A DNA stretch of 64,000 nucleotides from Octopus sinensis (taxonomy: Eukaryota): NCBI RefSeq assembly GCF_006345805.1, contig NC_043005.1, positions 43,152,001-43,216,000 of the forward strand, in the 5' to 3' direction. Positions 49,834-62,410 of the stretch are shown in pieces. The notes beneath the pieces are model-generated. The model had not been told where the DNA came from. It saw nothing but the letters and a program-made list of their open reading frames with translations, and searched no databases. The translations under genes and the position numbers were made by a program. How positions within the stretch are numbered: position 1 is the first letter of the stretch; each line of letters starts with the position of its first letter.

Positions 49834-51323
49834 GATGATGTAGTGAAGTATTTTTTCAGTTTATATCATTTATTAACGACAACTCCCTGAATTTAATGCC
49901 ATAAAATAATGATTTCTTGCCTCAGAGTGGGTTTCCTTTAAGGTCATCAGGCTGACCTTTCAGTAAGAAATATGAAAATATGTCGAGTAGAACTGAGCAG
50001 ATAGTTATACAAACATTTTGATTAGCCAGTTTATCGTTATCAGTTCTAATAAAACTATAGTTATGTTAGAATAATATTTATTTAATTTTTTTAGGCTTTT
50101 AATTTATGTTTTATTTGATATGATAGCAAAGTTTCTTATTTAATTTTAACAGCTAAAAATGCTCAGAAATTCAACTGTAATTTTATAAAAAGCAAATGAA
50201 TGAAATATATTTATATTAATTAACATGTGACACAGCAAAAAAAACTAGCAGTTATATTTATAATTTACTCCAAAAAAGATGTTTTATGGCAGTCCTTTCA
50301 TCATTTAATCTTTTAATCTATTACATCATTGTAACTGAATTGTTGAACTTGGGTTCATAACTAATTCATCAGTCACGGGTTCAAATCATGTGTTATGCAT
50401 ATGCCAAAGCAACAAAGAGAGAAGAATAATGCAACAGCAACAATATTTACCTCAGTTTTCTTTGGATTGAAATTAAACTTCAGTACAAGACTAATGCTAG
50501 AAATGCAAAACGATGTACGGCTTTAAAATTCCTATTCAATGAATGAATAAAAATGCTAATATTTGAAGACCAGTGTAACCTGTGTCAACACAGTTAAACA
50601 AAGACAAAAATGTGAACCAGAAGCATATCAGCTTAGAGATATTATGTTGTTTATTTATTTCTTCTTTGTTCTGTTATAATATCATGGGAAACTTGCATAT
50701 CCTGTCTTTCAAACAAAAATAAAAATAAAAATGTAGACCTGTTATTACTGGTTTCACATCATAGCCTTGCGTTCATGACGCTTTGTTTCATTCAAAGACA
50801 ATATGCTCAGGAAAGTCAGTACAGTTCCTACAATGTTTTCAACTTATTAATATGGGTAATGCTACAGTTTTAATAGCATTTCATTACAGTGAAGCCAAGA
50901 AACTATGAAAATAAGTAACAATAGAAACTTTAGGGAGGTCAATAAAAGTGACTGTTCCTGTTCATGTATCCATAAACCAGGTGGTTTATGGATACATTTA
51001 ATGGCACCAAATCTGTTGTAGGAATTCAACCCAGGTCTCTTCTTTGAGGGTAACCTCCTTTTCTTCTAGCAGTCTTAGAATCCCTTAGAAGGCTCATAGA
51101 CATTGCCCTTCCTTTTCTGATTGAGCAAACAGGAAAAATCCATTTTTAGTATGAATTACAGATGTCCAATATTTACACTCCCCCCACCCCGCCTCCCCAG
51201 TATACATGTAATCCTTCGACTGTTGCGGGTGTTAGGTTCCCAAACTTCTCACAGAAATAATTAAAATTTAAAAATATAAATACCTATCAACTGCAGAAAC
51301 CTGCAATATACATTTACACATAT

Positions 51324-51560
51324 AGGGCGGCAAGCTGGCAGAATCGTTACCACGCCGGGTGAACTGCTTAGTGGTATTTCGTCTGCCGTTACATTTTGAG
51401 TTCAAATTCCACCAAGGTTGACTTTGCCATTCATCCTTTCCGAGTCGATTAAATAAGTACCAGCTACGCACTGGGGTCGATGTAATCGACTTAATCCGTT
51501 TGTTTGTCCTTGTTTGTCCCCCTCTATGTTTACTCCTCTATGGGCAATAAAGAAATAGAA
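51324..51560 (+). mobile_element. Young full-length SINE family C
   Basis: Perfect 16-bp TSD ATACATTTACACATAT at 51308-51323 and 51561-51576. Confidence 0.92.
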
Positions 51561-51634
51561 ATACATTTACATATATTAGTCAGAAAAATCCGCGATGTAC
51601 TGAGTGTGTGATATGGTGAGGGATTACTGTATAT

Positions 51635-52045
51635 ATACTATCTTTTACTTGTTTCAGTCATTAGATTGTGGCCATGCTGGGGCACCACCTTAAATTTTAG
51701 TTGCCCCAGTACTTAATTTTTTAAGCCTGGTACTTATTCTATCAGTGTCTTTTGCCCAGCCATAAGGCTTTGATAGACCTGAGACTATAGCACAGGATAC
51801 TTGCCCACGCTGTGAGACTGAACCCAGAACCATGTAATTGGGAAGCAAACTTCTCCCCACACAACCATGCCTATATTAATTGCTGATGTTGCACTTGACA
51901 GTTCAGCAAAAGGGACCAATAGAATAAGTATCAGTCATAAAGGAAAAATAAACACTGGGGGTTGATTCATTCAACTAAAAATTCTTTAAGGCAGTGCTCC
52001 AGCATGGCCACTGTTTAATGACTGAAACAAGTAAAAAGGAAAAGG
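51635..52045. mobile_element. Opposite-orientation SINE A fragments (minus about 51635-51870, plus about 51885-52045)
   Basis: Motif matches. Confidence 0.7.
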
Positions 52046-52380
52046 AAAAACTATTTAAATATCTGACTAAACTTAAAGATATTTTAGTTTACCTAACAAA
52101 GCAAGTCTTTTGTGGTCATATTTCTTGTTTTATGGGAAACTTTGAAGTCAGCTTGTTGTGGTTTGTAAGTCAGAAAATGAGATGTCATTGAATCAGAATA
52201 TAAAGGAATTTTGTTCTTTTATTTGTTGGTGAGACAATCTCAAGAACCAACCATCTGTGTATACAGTCACTTGGTTGCTCTTCTAGTGAATCATTCGCTC
52301 TCTGTTCACCAAGTAAATCAGATGATGTCCAGTGTTCTGTGTCGCTGTAGAAAATTTAAAAAAAAAACCCATGAGTAAAA

Positions 52381-53343
52381 TTAACCCTCTAGCATTTAAA
52401 CCAGCCATAGCCGTCCCAAATGTTCTACCTGTTTTATTTAATTACGTGTCAGATCGCAGTGTCTGCCAAACTTCAAGCATGTTTGAACTGGTAACAAGTT
52501 TGTATTCACATCACTGCTTAGTCCTGTCACCCCCTGTATTTTGTTAACAACAAAGCCACTGAATAGTGCAACCAGTCATTGAACGATGACGAGAATATCA
52601 TAAGAGGGCCTTGTCTGTTGTGTCAGTTTGCAGCGTCTGGCCTAGTTAGAGGACGTTGTAAGCTTGACTGTATTTATACCTATTTGTCTTGTCTGCAGTG
52701 AGAAATTTTCTCAGTGACAAAATACAATGAATGGCTTTCTTATGAGTTCGAATATGTCTCAAAGCATGTTTGAACTGGTAACAAGTTTATATCTATACAA
52801 ATTACTGCTTAATACTGTCACCCTGCATATCTTATGTATGGTGAGCCACTGAATAGCACAACCAGTAATTGTACAATAACAAGGATAACAAAAGAGGTAC
52901 TTGTCTCTTGTGTCAGTTTGCAGTGTCTGCCTTTCCAGCCTCTGTTGCTGAAGAGGAGATAATCACTCTGAAATACATGCATCCACCAGTCTGGGTTACA
53001 TTCCGCTGTGAGCTGACTCTGTGTTTTTACACCTGTTTGTCTACAATGAGAAATTTTCTCAGTGACAAAATACAGTGAATGACTTTCTTATGGGTTCAAG
53101 TATACCTCACACATATTTGAAATGGTAACAAGTTTGTAGTTATGCACAACGCTGCTTCACACTATCGCCCTATATTCTACTTGTTTCATGTTCAAACTGG
53201 CCAGATCCAGCCTTTTGCACCTACCCTACCATCAGTTGCATCATTGAAATTTTGGAGCTACTAAATAATACATAATTAATTCAAAATAATGTGGATAAAT
53301 AAGTATTACATTTGACATAGTAATCTCAATGCTAAAAGGTTAA
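52381..53343. mobile_element. TTAA-flanked MITE family 1 split by a 737-bp insertion
   Basis: TTAACCCTCTAGCATT at 52381; the body resumes at about 53190 and ends AATGCTAAAAGGTTAA. Confidence 0.8.
52438..53174. repeat. Tandem array of ~2.5 diverged 287-347-bp units
   Basis: GCATGTTTGAACTGGTAACAAGTTT-like block at about 52477, 52764 and 53111; TGAGAAATTTTCTCAGTGACAAAATACA at about 52700 and 53047. Confidence 0.85.
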
Positions 53344-53469
53344 TCATAGTATGTTTACTGCAATGAATAGCAAAAAAGCCAACTTGAAACACCTCATACA
53401 ATACAAACTCATAAATTTTAAGCTTAGTTTCACACTTTATTTACTTTTCTTCTGAGATATATCAAATTA

Positions 53470-53697
53470 TTAACCCTTTTGTTACTAACCTGGCCAAAAC
53501 CGGCTCTGGCTCTGTGGTAAAATGTCTTGTTTTCACAAGTTTTGAATTAAAATATTTCACCAAGTCTTAGCCACAATTTACATTCCTAACACTAGTTCAA
53601 TGATAACTAAGTTATTTTACTAAATTCTTTGTTATATTTAAAATAATTGAAAGAAACACAGAGCATCTCAAAATAAATACAGTAACAAAAAGGTTAA
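53470..53697. mobile_element. TTAA-flanked MITE family 2
   Basis: Reverse-orientation relative of 3085-3303. Confidence 0.85.
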
Positions 53698-54682
53698 ATG
53701 ATATAAGTATATTTATATCATTTCATAAGTAAAGGTGTGGCTGCATGGTAAGAAGTTCACTTCCTAACCATAAGGTTCTGAGTTCAGTTCCACACTGCAT
53801 GACACTCTGAGCAGTGCTCCCGCATGGTCTCATTCTAATGACTGAAACAAGTAAAAGATAAGAGATATTTACATGACCTGCTTGCAACTTTTTATTTAAT
53901 TCTTAGCAACAAAAATTAGAAGTGTGTAATTTTGATAAAACCTGTTGCGTCTGCTTAACCAATGAATGTACAGTATATAAAATACTGAACAAAGCCTAAT
54001 TGAAATTAAAGAGTTTAGGTTAAAGCAAATCTTAAGAGTTCAGTTTTGCTATTTTGAAATAAGAAATGATTTAGAGAAGGTTAAATCTGAATTAATGAAA
54101 AGCTTGCGATGAAATCTGTTGTTAATTGAAATAGACAAGTAAGAAATATAAAGTAAAATTAATTTATTAAGGAAGTAGGTAAATTCTCTAAGGAAGCAGG
54201 ACCTCATTGAAATAGGAAGCATTAATTGAAGTCATTAACAGCGTTGAGGAAGTGTGGAATCTTTAGTACAGAGCTGTTACATAACTGCAGGAAGAGTTTG
54301 TAGTTGAAAAGCTTGAAAGTAATGATCTACAAAAGCCAAGACGTAACTGTTACATATTATCCACTGTTTACTTTGCTGTTACTGCTCCACTCATCGTAGC
54401 CACGTAAAAATGAAATAAAATAAAAATAAGAATTATATTATGACAACTCATAAGTGTCATGATGAATAATTGTTGGATCTGACACCAAACGAAATGATTA
54501 AAAATCCTTTTGTTGGATTTATATGCTTACATGACCTTACGAAAAAATAAAGGTCAACTGCTATGTGATTAAATGATGTTAATTGGTTCGAACATAATTA
54601 ATTGCCCAGCACTTCAAAAATCTTTTGGATATGCAAAAGTAGTCACAAATTACGTTTTAGCTTTGACAATGTTTACAAATAT

Positions 54683-55100
54683 TTAATACATACATATAAA
54701 TATAATGCAGTTTTTTTCTTTACTTCTTTTATTTTTCAAAATTAAGGTAAAGAAAGTTCTTTTTTAATCCAAAATATACTCCCCTTCGTTTTGTACAATG
54801 CTCTTCCATCTATCTGTTAGACTTTCAAAATTCACTTGTCGTTGATGAAAAATACTCCTCCAGTACTGTTCTGACCTCGTCTACAAAATTCATGTTTTTT
54901 CCATCTTTTGAAACTGTGGAATAAGTGATAATTAGATGGGATAATGTCTGGCAGATTTGGTGGGTGGGGCATCATTTCCCATTCAAACTGCTCCAACCTT
55001 TGGAATGTCATCTTCGCTGTATGTGGCCAAACATTATCCTGATGGAGGAACACCTGTCTTGAAACCGAAGATGGTCATTTTCTTTCTAGCGCTAAATTAA
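54683..55100 (-). pseudogene. Mariner (Tc1/mariner) transposase C-terminal fragment with putative 3' TIR
   Basis: FLHQDNVWPHTAKMTFQRLEQFEWEMMPHPPNLPDIIPSNYHLFHS (DNARPH and YSPDLAPSD motifs), then LTDRWKSIVQNEGEYILD*; frameshifted. Confidence 0.9.
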
Positions 55101-55109
55101 GCTGCTTAA

Positions 55110-55246
55110 GCTGCTTGTAGTAGATCACCTTTGTTCCAGGTTCAGTCCCACTGCATGACACCTTAGGCAAGTGTCTTCTGCTGTAGCCTCAGGTTGACCA
55201 AAGCCTTGTGAGTGGATTTGGTAGACAGAAACTGGAAGAAGCCTGT

Positions 55247-55287
<41 letters not shown>

Positions 55288-55490
55288 GTATATATATTTG
55301 TGTGTGTGTCTGTTTGTCCCCACACTATTGCTTGACAACCAATGTGTTTATGTCCCTGTTACTTAGCAGTTTGGCATAAGGGACCGATAGAATAAGTCCT
55401 GGGGTTGATTTCTTCAACTAACACCCTTGAAGGTGATACTCCAGCATGGCTGGAGTCAAATGACCGAAACAAGTAAAAGAATAAAAGAAC
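55110..55490 (+). mobile_element. SINE family A
   Basis: Body and tail motifs. Confidence 0.8.
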
Positions 55491-56237
55491 ACACACACAC
55501 TCTCTCTCACACTCACACACACACTCACATGTGTGTGGGTGTATATTTATTTTGCTGGTAGAAATGGAGAAGAGACAACTCAGTATTGAGTCAATATATC
55601 ATTCTGGTTCAGGGAGTCAACATAACACAACCTACTGCCTTATGTATCTCACTGGGCGTCATGTTCAGATAAAGTATTCTAAGTAAAGACTTTTACTTTG
55701 CTCAAAGACCTACAGTCAGTAAAACATTCAGAATAATATGTCTCGGTGAATTTCTTAACTTAAAAAAAAAAAAAAAATACAATGACACCATTTATACTGG
55801 TGGCAAATGCTATGATTAATAGCTAAGTGGTTCAGTGATTCCATTGACAAATACCATGGTGGTAAAAATAGCAACATGTAAAATTTTAGCCAAAAAAATA
55901 TTTCTGAACATGAGAAAACTTTAAATGTGTGAAGATATGAAAATTGCATGCTCTGGAGGATCTACCATAAATTGAAATTTTCTTAGAGAAAATCTAGAAA
56001 TTTGTGGATATTGTTGACAGTGTCGGAACTACATGGATGAGCAGGTATACAGCTATCTTTATTAGGGATATTTTTTCTTATTCTTTATTGCAGTTCATTG
56101 GTTTTGAGTTTTCAATGAACCAATCATTATTTCACTGGTTTTTGACAGCAAGAGTAACATTGGAGTGTCTTACCCAATGTAGGGAACTTCATTTAAAAAT
56201 TATTTTTTTCAGTTTTTTTTTTCTTGACAGTTTTTTT

Positions 56238-56370
56238 TCTGGCATTAGGAAGGGATTCCAGCTGTAGAAACCATACCAAATCAGATTGGTATAGCTCCCC
56301 AGCTTACCAGTTTTTGGTCAAACCATCCAACCCATGCCAGCATGGAAAACGGATGTTAAATGATGATGAG
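56238..56370 (+). mobile_element. RTE-tail element fragment
   Basis: GGCATTAGGAAGGGATTCCAGCTGTAG...CCAACCCATGCCAGCATGGAAAACGGATGTTAAATGATGATG. Confidence 0.8.
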
Positions 56371-58004
56371 TGTTACACACAAGTGTGATTCATCAAAGGT
56401 TACACATGCAAATACATATTATTACTATTAGTCCATCTTTCATTGTTGATGATGACCAAGGTCATCACACGAGAGAAGACGGAACACAGTGTGTCTGACT
56501 GTGGACAATCTTGGAAAGCTCTGCCATGGGTTAAGTACTGGTGGTCTGAAGGTGCCACACAATGGGACTGAACCTGGAACCATGTGTTTGGGAATTCATT
56601 TCTCCATCAAACCAGTGCCTCCTCTTGTACTCATCTCTATTTAATGCTTTAATTACACTCAACTTTTTCCTAGATTTTTGTTGCCTTCAATCTTGTCATG
56701 TACACTTTTTACTTTTGAAGTATGAGTCAGTAAGGGTGATCTGTTAGGACTGCTTTGGACTTGTGTAGTTAGTGTTTTTCTTTGTACCCCAAAAATCCTG
56801 TTTTGTTCGTAGGAGGTAGCACCTCTGATAACCGAGGTATATATATGCATACTGGAATGCATATAGCTTTTACAGGCTACTGATCCAGTGACCTGTTTCT
56901 GTAGAGTTTCCCTAGCATGTTATTCATTCCACAGACAAGAGAATGCAGGATAACTGAGATTGATAAGCCATTCTGATGAGGAGGAAAGTTAGGACACATG
57001 ATTACCTTAATCTACATAGGTAATTGAATTTACAGTCTAGCTTTGGCTGGAGTCTGTAGAAGAGAAGAAGCGTAAAGCTCTCAAGTGTGCGCATACACAC
57101 CCATATAGATATACATGTGTTAGTGCATGAAGGATTTCCACTAATTTACCAAATTCCACTTACAAGATGGTGACTGACCTGGGGCTACAGCAGGAGACTC
57201 ATACTCTGAGTGCTGCACAATAACAGTGAATTTGGACTCATGTGGTTGTCAAACGTGCGATTAGTGGCTGTGATAATTCACTAGTATAAGTTTTGGGCTG
57301 GATACATCTCGGAGTGTTAGTGACAGAATATGAACAACTGATAGAGGCATGTGACTTAGTGGTTGGAGTGTTGCACTCATGGCTGTGAGATTATGATTTT
57401 TTGATTCCTGGGCTGAGCAATGCATTGTGTTCATGAGTAAAACACTTCATTTTATGTTGCTTCAGTCCACTTAGCTGGCAAGAGGCCCCCCCCCCACATC
57501 TAGGGAGGGAGTAATTATGCAGAAGAATCTGAGGAACCTAATTTAGCTATTATATCCTCTCCATAAAAAGATAGTGATGATGTTTGCTTTGCCCAAAGCA
57601 ACTAATTGTTCAGGCCTACTATCAAGGATATATGTTACAAGTGATCATAGGTATATTCATAACTCTATCCTATGGCTGCTATTTCCAGCATGTCAGATGG
57701 CCACATAACTGCTCTGTTGTTGGCCTGTGGTATCAAAGTTGGTGTTTGTTGTTTAGCCTTAGATCAGCACAGATTAAGTCGACCTCTGATCAAAACCTTC
57801 TGCCTATGGCCATTACATCTCATTTTTAGGCATTCCTTTCTCTTTCAGATGGTAGAGTTTGATTTTAGGAGAATTTGGCTGCTATTTCTTGCAGAGCTTC
57901 TTTAAAAGTTCTGTAGATGATTTCTAGTTTGATAGGATATATGGCTTTCCCGTAGTAATCCAAAAGCTGGAGCTGCTGTTCTACCAATTAGCATTTACGA
58001 CAAT

Positions 58005-58215
58005 CATATCAGGCCCAAAACTTCTACTTGTTTTATGCTGAGACCAGCCAGATCTGGTTTCTCATACCTACCCTACAATGTCATTGTAAGAAAAACAAAC
58101 AAAAACATCACATGATCAAAATTTTGAAGCTACGACATAAAGCATAATTATTACAAAATATTGAATAAATAATCTTAATGTCTGACTGAGTAATCTGAAA
58201 GCTGTTTAAAAGGCT
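58005..58215. mobile_element. TTAA MITE family 1, degraded
   Basis: TTCTACTTGTTTTATG...CCTACCCTACAATGTCATT body. Confidence 0.6.
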
Positions 58216-58805
58216 AAACCAGAAATTTCCATGGAGGCCATTGTACAGTTTGTAAGTATGTGTATGCAGTAGCAGTAGTAGTAGTGGTGGTAGGTGGTGG
58301 TGGTGGTGGCGGTGGCAGACAAATGTTATAAAATGTGCAACTAAACGTCCTGACTAAAACTGCAATATACATACCATGGGGTTGCCAGATCAATTTCATA
58401 AAAATGTGGAACATTTTCAAAATATAGTAGGGTGTGTTAGAAAACAGCCCAAAAATTCAAAATTTTTTTTTTTTGCTTATAAATTAAAAAAATACTTTAA
58501 AAACAAAAATGCATACAGACACACAAATATCTGAGGGTTGCAAGTATCAAATACATTGGGCCTAATTTACTCTGTTGATAATTTAATGCGATATTCCAAT
58601 TGGAATACTAAAAGTAGTAACCCAAATTAAATTTAAAAAAAAATAAAAAAAGATAAATATTTCGGTGAAGTCCTGAAAAGCAACGTCATCTGCTTCTTGT
58701 AGTCTGATCTGGTAACCCCGTTCTACTTGCATTGGATATGGTCTCTCAAAATGTGCGCTTGCATTTTTCTGCAGTATCCACTTGGGCATAATTCACCACA
58801 CGGAT

Positions 58806-58836
<31 letters not shown>

Positions 58837-58897
58837 TACATGCTGTATATATTTACATACAGTTGTGAGTGTGTATGCACACAAACACACACGTCGT

Positions 58898-59097
58898 TTA
58901 TTTGTTTCAATCATTACACTGCGGCCATGCTGGGGCACCATCTTCAAGAACGCTTAGTCGAATTAATTGACCCCCGCCACCCTCACCAGTACTAGTTTTT
59001 ATTTTTCAAAGGCTGGTGTTTATTCTATCGTTCTCTTTTGTGAACTGCTAACTGGTTGCCAAGTGAAGGTGGGGGACAAACACATAAACACACGAAC

Positions 59098-59130
<33 letters not shown>

Positions 59131-59545
59131 TACACACACATACATACGTATATATGATGGCCTTCTTTCAGTTTCTTATTTGTTTATTGCCCACAAAGGG
59201 CTAAACATAGAGGGGACAAACGAGGACAGACAAAGGGTTTAAGTTGATTACATCGACCCCAGTGCATAACTGGTACATAATTTATCACCCACGAAAGGAT
59301 GAAAGGCAAAGTCGACCTCAGCGGAATTTGAACTCAGAATGTAACAGCTGACGAAATATCGCTAAGCATTTCACCCGGCGTGTTAACATTTCTGCCAGCT
59401 CGCCGCCTTATTTATATTTCTATTAACCAAATCCACTCACAAGGCTTTAGTAGAAGACACTTGCTAAAGGTGCTGCACAATGGGACTGAACCTGAAGCTA
59501 TGTGATTGGAAAGCAAGCTTCTTACCACACAGCTACATTTGCACC
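58898..59545 (-). mobile_element. SINE A with nested young SINE C (about 59176-59408)
   Basis: Family A halves flank a CpG-rich family C copy. Confidence 0.8.
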
Positions 59546-59719
59546 ATACTCACTCTTCCTTCTGACTCTTTACTTTTCACTTTTAATTTTCACACATGAG
59601 GAATAGCTAAGACTAGGATTCGTAGCATACCATAAGAATACTACTGGCTTTTAAGGAAATTCTAATGGTGAACGAACTCTCTTAGTACTCTTATATACGT
59701 TCTTAACAGAATATATTTC

Positions 59720-59722
59720 AAC

Positions 59723-59765
<43 letters not shown>

Positions 59766-59834
59766 GTATGTGTGTGTGTGTATGTATGTGTGTGTGTGTG
59801 TGTATGTATATGTATGTGTGTGTGTGTGTATGTA

Positions 59835-59869
<35 letters not shown>

Positions 59870-59889
59870 TTATTTATGAATATATACGC

Positions 59890-59926
<37 letters not shown>

Positions 59927-60052
59927 CTTTATTTAACTCAGAGTAACAGGTTTTGTTGAATTTTCTGCTGCTTTAAATAAAGCATATTATTCTACCACTG
60001 GTATTTGAGTACTCTTTTTTCCACCTTGTTTCACATTTATGTGTTACTCCGG

Positions 60053-60094
<42 letters not shown>

Positions 60095-60340
60095 GGGCAA
60101 GCAACAGGTTGCTTAGCCACATACCCTTATATTATTAATATATATATATATGGATATATATGTATATACATACTTTAAAAGAATATTTGCATAGTATTCA
60201 AATACAAGGGTCATTTTCCTTCTTTCTGCCTCTCTCTGTCTCTCTTGTTTACTCTTGTTGGTTCGTGGTCGTTGTGAATTCTATATGTATATATACATAT
60301 TGATATATATAGATATGCATACATATTTATATATATATAT

Positions 60341-60376
<36 letters not shown>

Positions 60377-60430
60377 TATAAATACATATGGATATATATA
60401 TATATATATATATAATATATATGTATATGC
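59720..60430. repeat. Microsatellite block with embedded short non-simple fragments
   Basis: (TA)n/(TG)n tracts separated by about 100-bp complex segments. Confidence 0.85.
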
Positions 60431-61025
60431 ACTTACAGAATGTGAGTTAGCAAAAGCACGTGGTGCGTCAGAGAGAATACCTTCCATCTTTCAGTATCCA
60501 TTCTAACTCTGTGCAGTATGAATTCAAATCTCACCCTGCACAACTTGGTATTTTCATTCTTTTATGGATCAATAAATGAAGTACTAGCAATGTCCTGGTC
60601 ACAGTAATTCTTCTCCATCCTTTTTTCGCTGGAACAAATTAGTTATTTTAAGACCTGAGGAAGGATTGGCTCTTCAATTCCAGACTGAGTTATAAGGGCC
60701 CTGTCTTAATAGATGGAGCCCTATAACAGATCATTCTGGAGCTGCAGACCTAAGGAAAGCTACCATCATCATCATCATCTTTTAACATCCCATTTTTCAT
60801 ACTGGCATGTATGTATGTATGTATGTATGATGAACATCTATATATACATAAATATGTGTGCATGTGTAAATGTATATGTGTGAATGTGTATGAAGAGAAT
60901 AACAAAATCTATTTTCATGTTTAAATTTCTAGTGAAAAGCTTGAAAATTGCAGCTTAATTAGTTTAAATTTATCTTGGGTCTTATATACCTGTGTCTGTG
61001 TGGTTTGTTTATTTATTTATTTATA

Positions 61026-61075
<50 letters not shown>

Positions 61076-61402
61076 TATAATATATATATATATAAAGATA
61101 TATATACATATATAATATGTAAATATATATATATTTACAGAGAGAGAGAGGGAGAGAATTAAAGCAATATTTGAACATTACTATACAAACTTTATGGAAT
61201 ACGTATGTATGTCTGCCTCTATCTTTTAATGTAGTTTTATGTAATACTGCATGTGTGTGTATATATATTCCTCCATAGTTAGACTCTAATCTTTTAAGAA
61301 GTATACGCAAAAAAAGAATGCTTTCTACTAATTTTAGGCTTAAAGAATTATCCCCCTCCGCCACTACATCGCTATCACTATCTTTTATTTTTTTTTTTTT
61401 AA

Positions 61403-61745
61403 TCTTTTACTTGTTTCAATCATTAGACTGTGGCCATGCTGGAATGGAAGAATGTTTTGTCAAATGAATCAAGCTCTGTACATAATTTTTTACTTTTAAG
61501 TCTGGTGCTTATTCTATCAGTGTTTTCTGCCAAACTGCTAAGTTATGGGGACATAAACAAACCAACACTGGTTGTCGATCGTTGGTGGGGGACAGACAAT
61601 GACAGACACACACACGGTGGGTTTCTCTCACTTTCCGTCTGCCAAATCCACTCACAAGGCTTTGGTCGGCCTAAGGCTATAAGTAGAAGAAACTGGCCCA
61701 ATGTGCCACGGTGTGGGACTGAACCTAGAACCATGTGATTGGGAA
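61403..61745 (-). mobile_element. SINE A lacking its normal 5' head
   Basis: The body matches family A; the head is replaced beyond TGGGAA by other sequence. Confidence 0.75.
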
Positions 61746-62410
61746 TTTGTCTCTCCATCAAACCAGTGCCTCCTCTTATACCCACCCCTCTCTACTTAAC
61801 GAGTTAATAACACCCAGCTTTTTCTGAGATCTTTTTTGTTTTTGTTGTCATCAATCTTGCTACTTACAATGTTGTTTACTTTTCAAATACGAATCAACAA
61901 GAGATTCTGTGTGGTTTCTAGGCCTGCTAGAGATAGCAGCCAAAGCACCTTAACTTACAGTTGTTTAAAATAAAAAAAAAGACTAGTGGTAATAATACAA
62001 TAACACACATGCGCACACGCGCATGTGGCTCATTAAATAATATAGTGTAATTTATTTACAACAAAAAAAGGGATGGTCACAGCTTGAAACTTTTGATCAT
62101 AGATTTGCTCAGTCAGCGCTATAGTCCTAGGGTTAAACAGCAACCACTGCAACTTGCTCTCAGTTCTTCCTTCCTCTACTCTTCAGTCTTTTTAATCTTC
62201 TCTTCTCCTCCCTCTCTCTCTCGTGTGTCCTCTTCTCTCCCACTTAGGTTTCCCCGTTTCACTCTCTCTCTCTCTCTCTCTCTCTGTTCCTTTCTCTCAT
62301 GTGTTCTCTTCTCTCCCACTTAGGTTTCCAGTTTCACTCGCTTTCTTTATCTCTCTCTCTCTCAGTCCCTTGGGCTCTCTTTGCCTTCGCTTATAAATCA
62401 TTAGTATCAT

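Noticed and set aside
52438-53174. CRISPR-like interpretation of the conserved-block array (also 41560-41960 and 63551-63896)
   Set aside because: Eukaryotic context, alignable inter-repeat sequence, irregular lengths and no cas genes
54150-54330. Peptide NSLRKQDLIEIG reminiscent of a Gypsy gag N-terminus
   Set aside because: Too short and riddled with stops to support
57575-57680. GTGATGA C-box-like motif (also at about 827)
   Set aside because: No D box (CTGA) with a terminal stem at a suitable distance
58583-58789. Minus-strand ORF MPKWILQKNASAHFERPYPMQVERGYQIRLQEADDVAFQDF
   Set aside because: No recognisable domain or consistent splice sites, and it runs into low-complexity sequence
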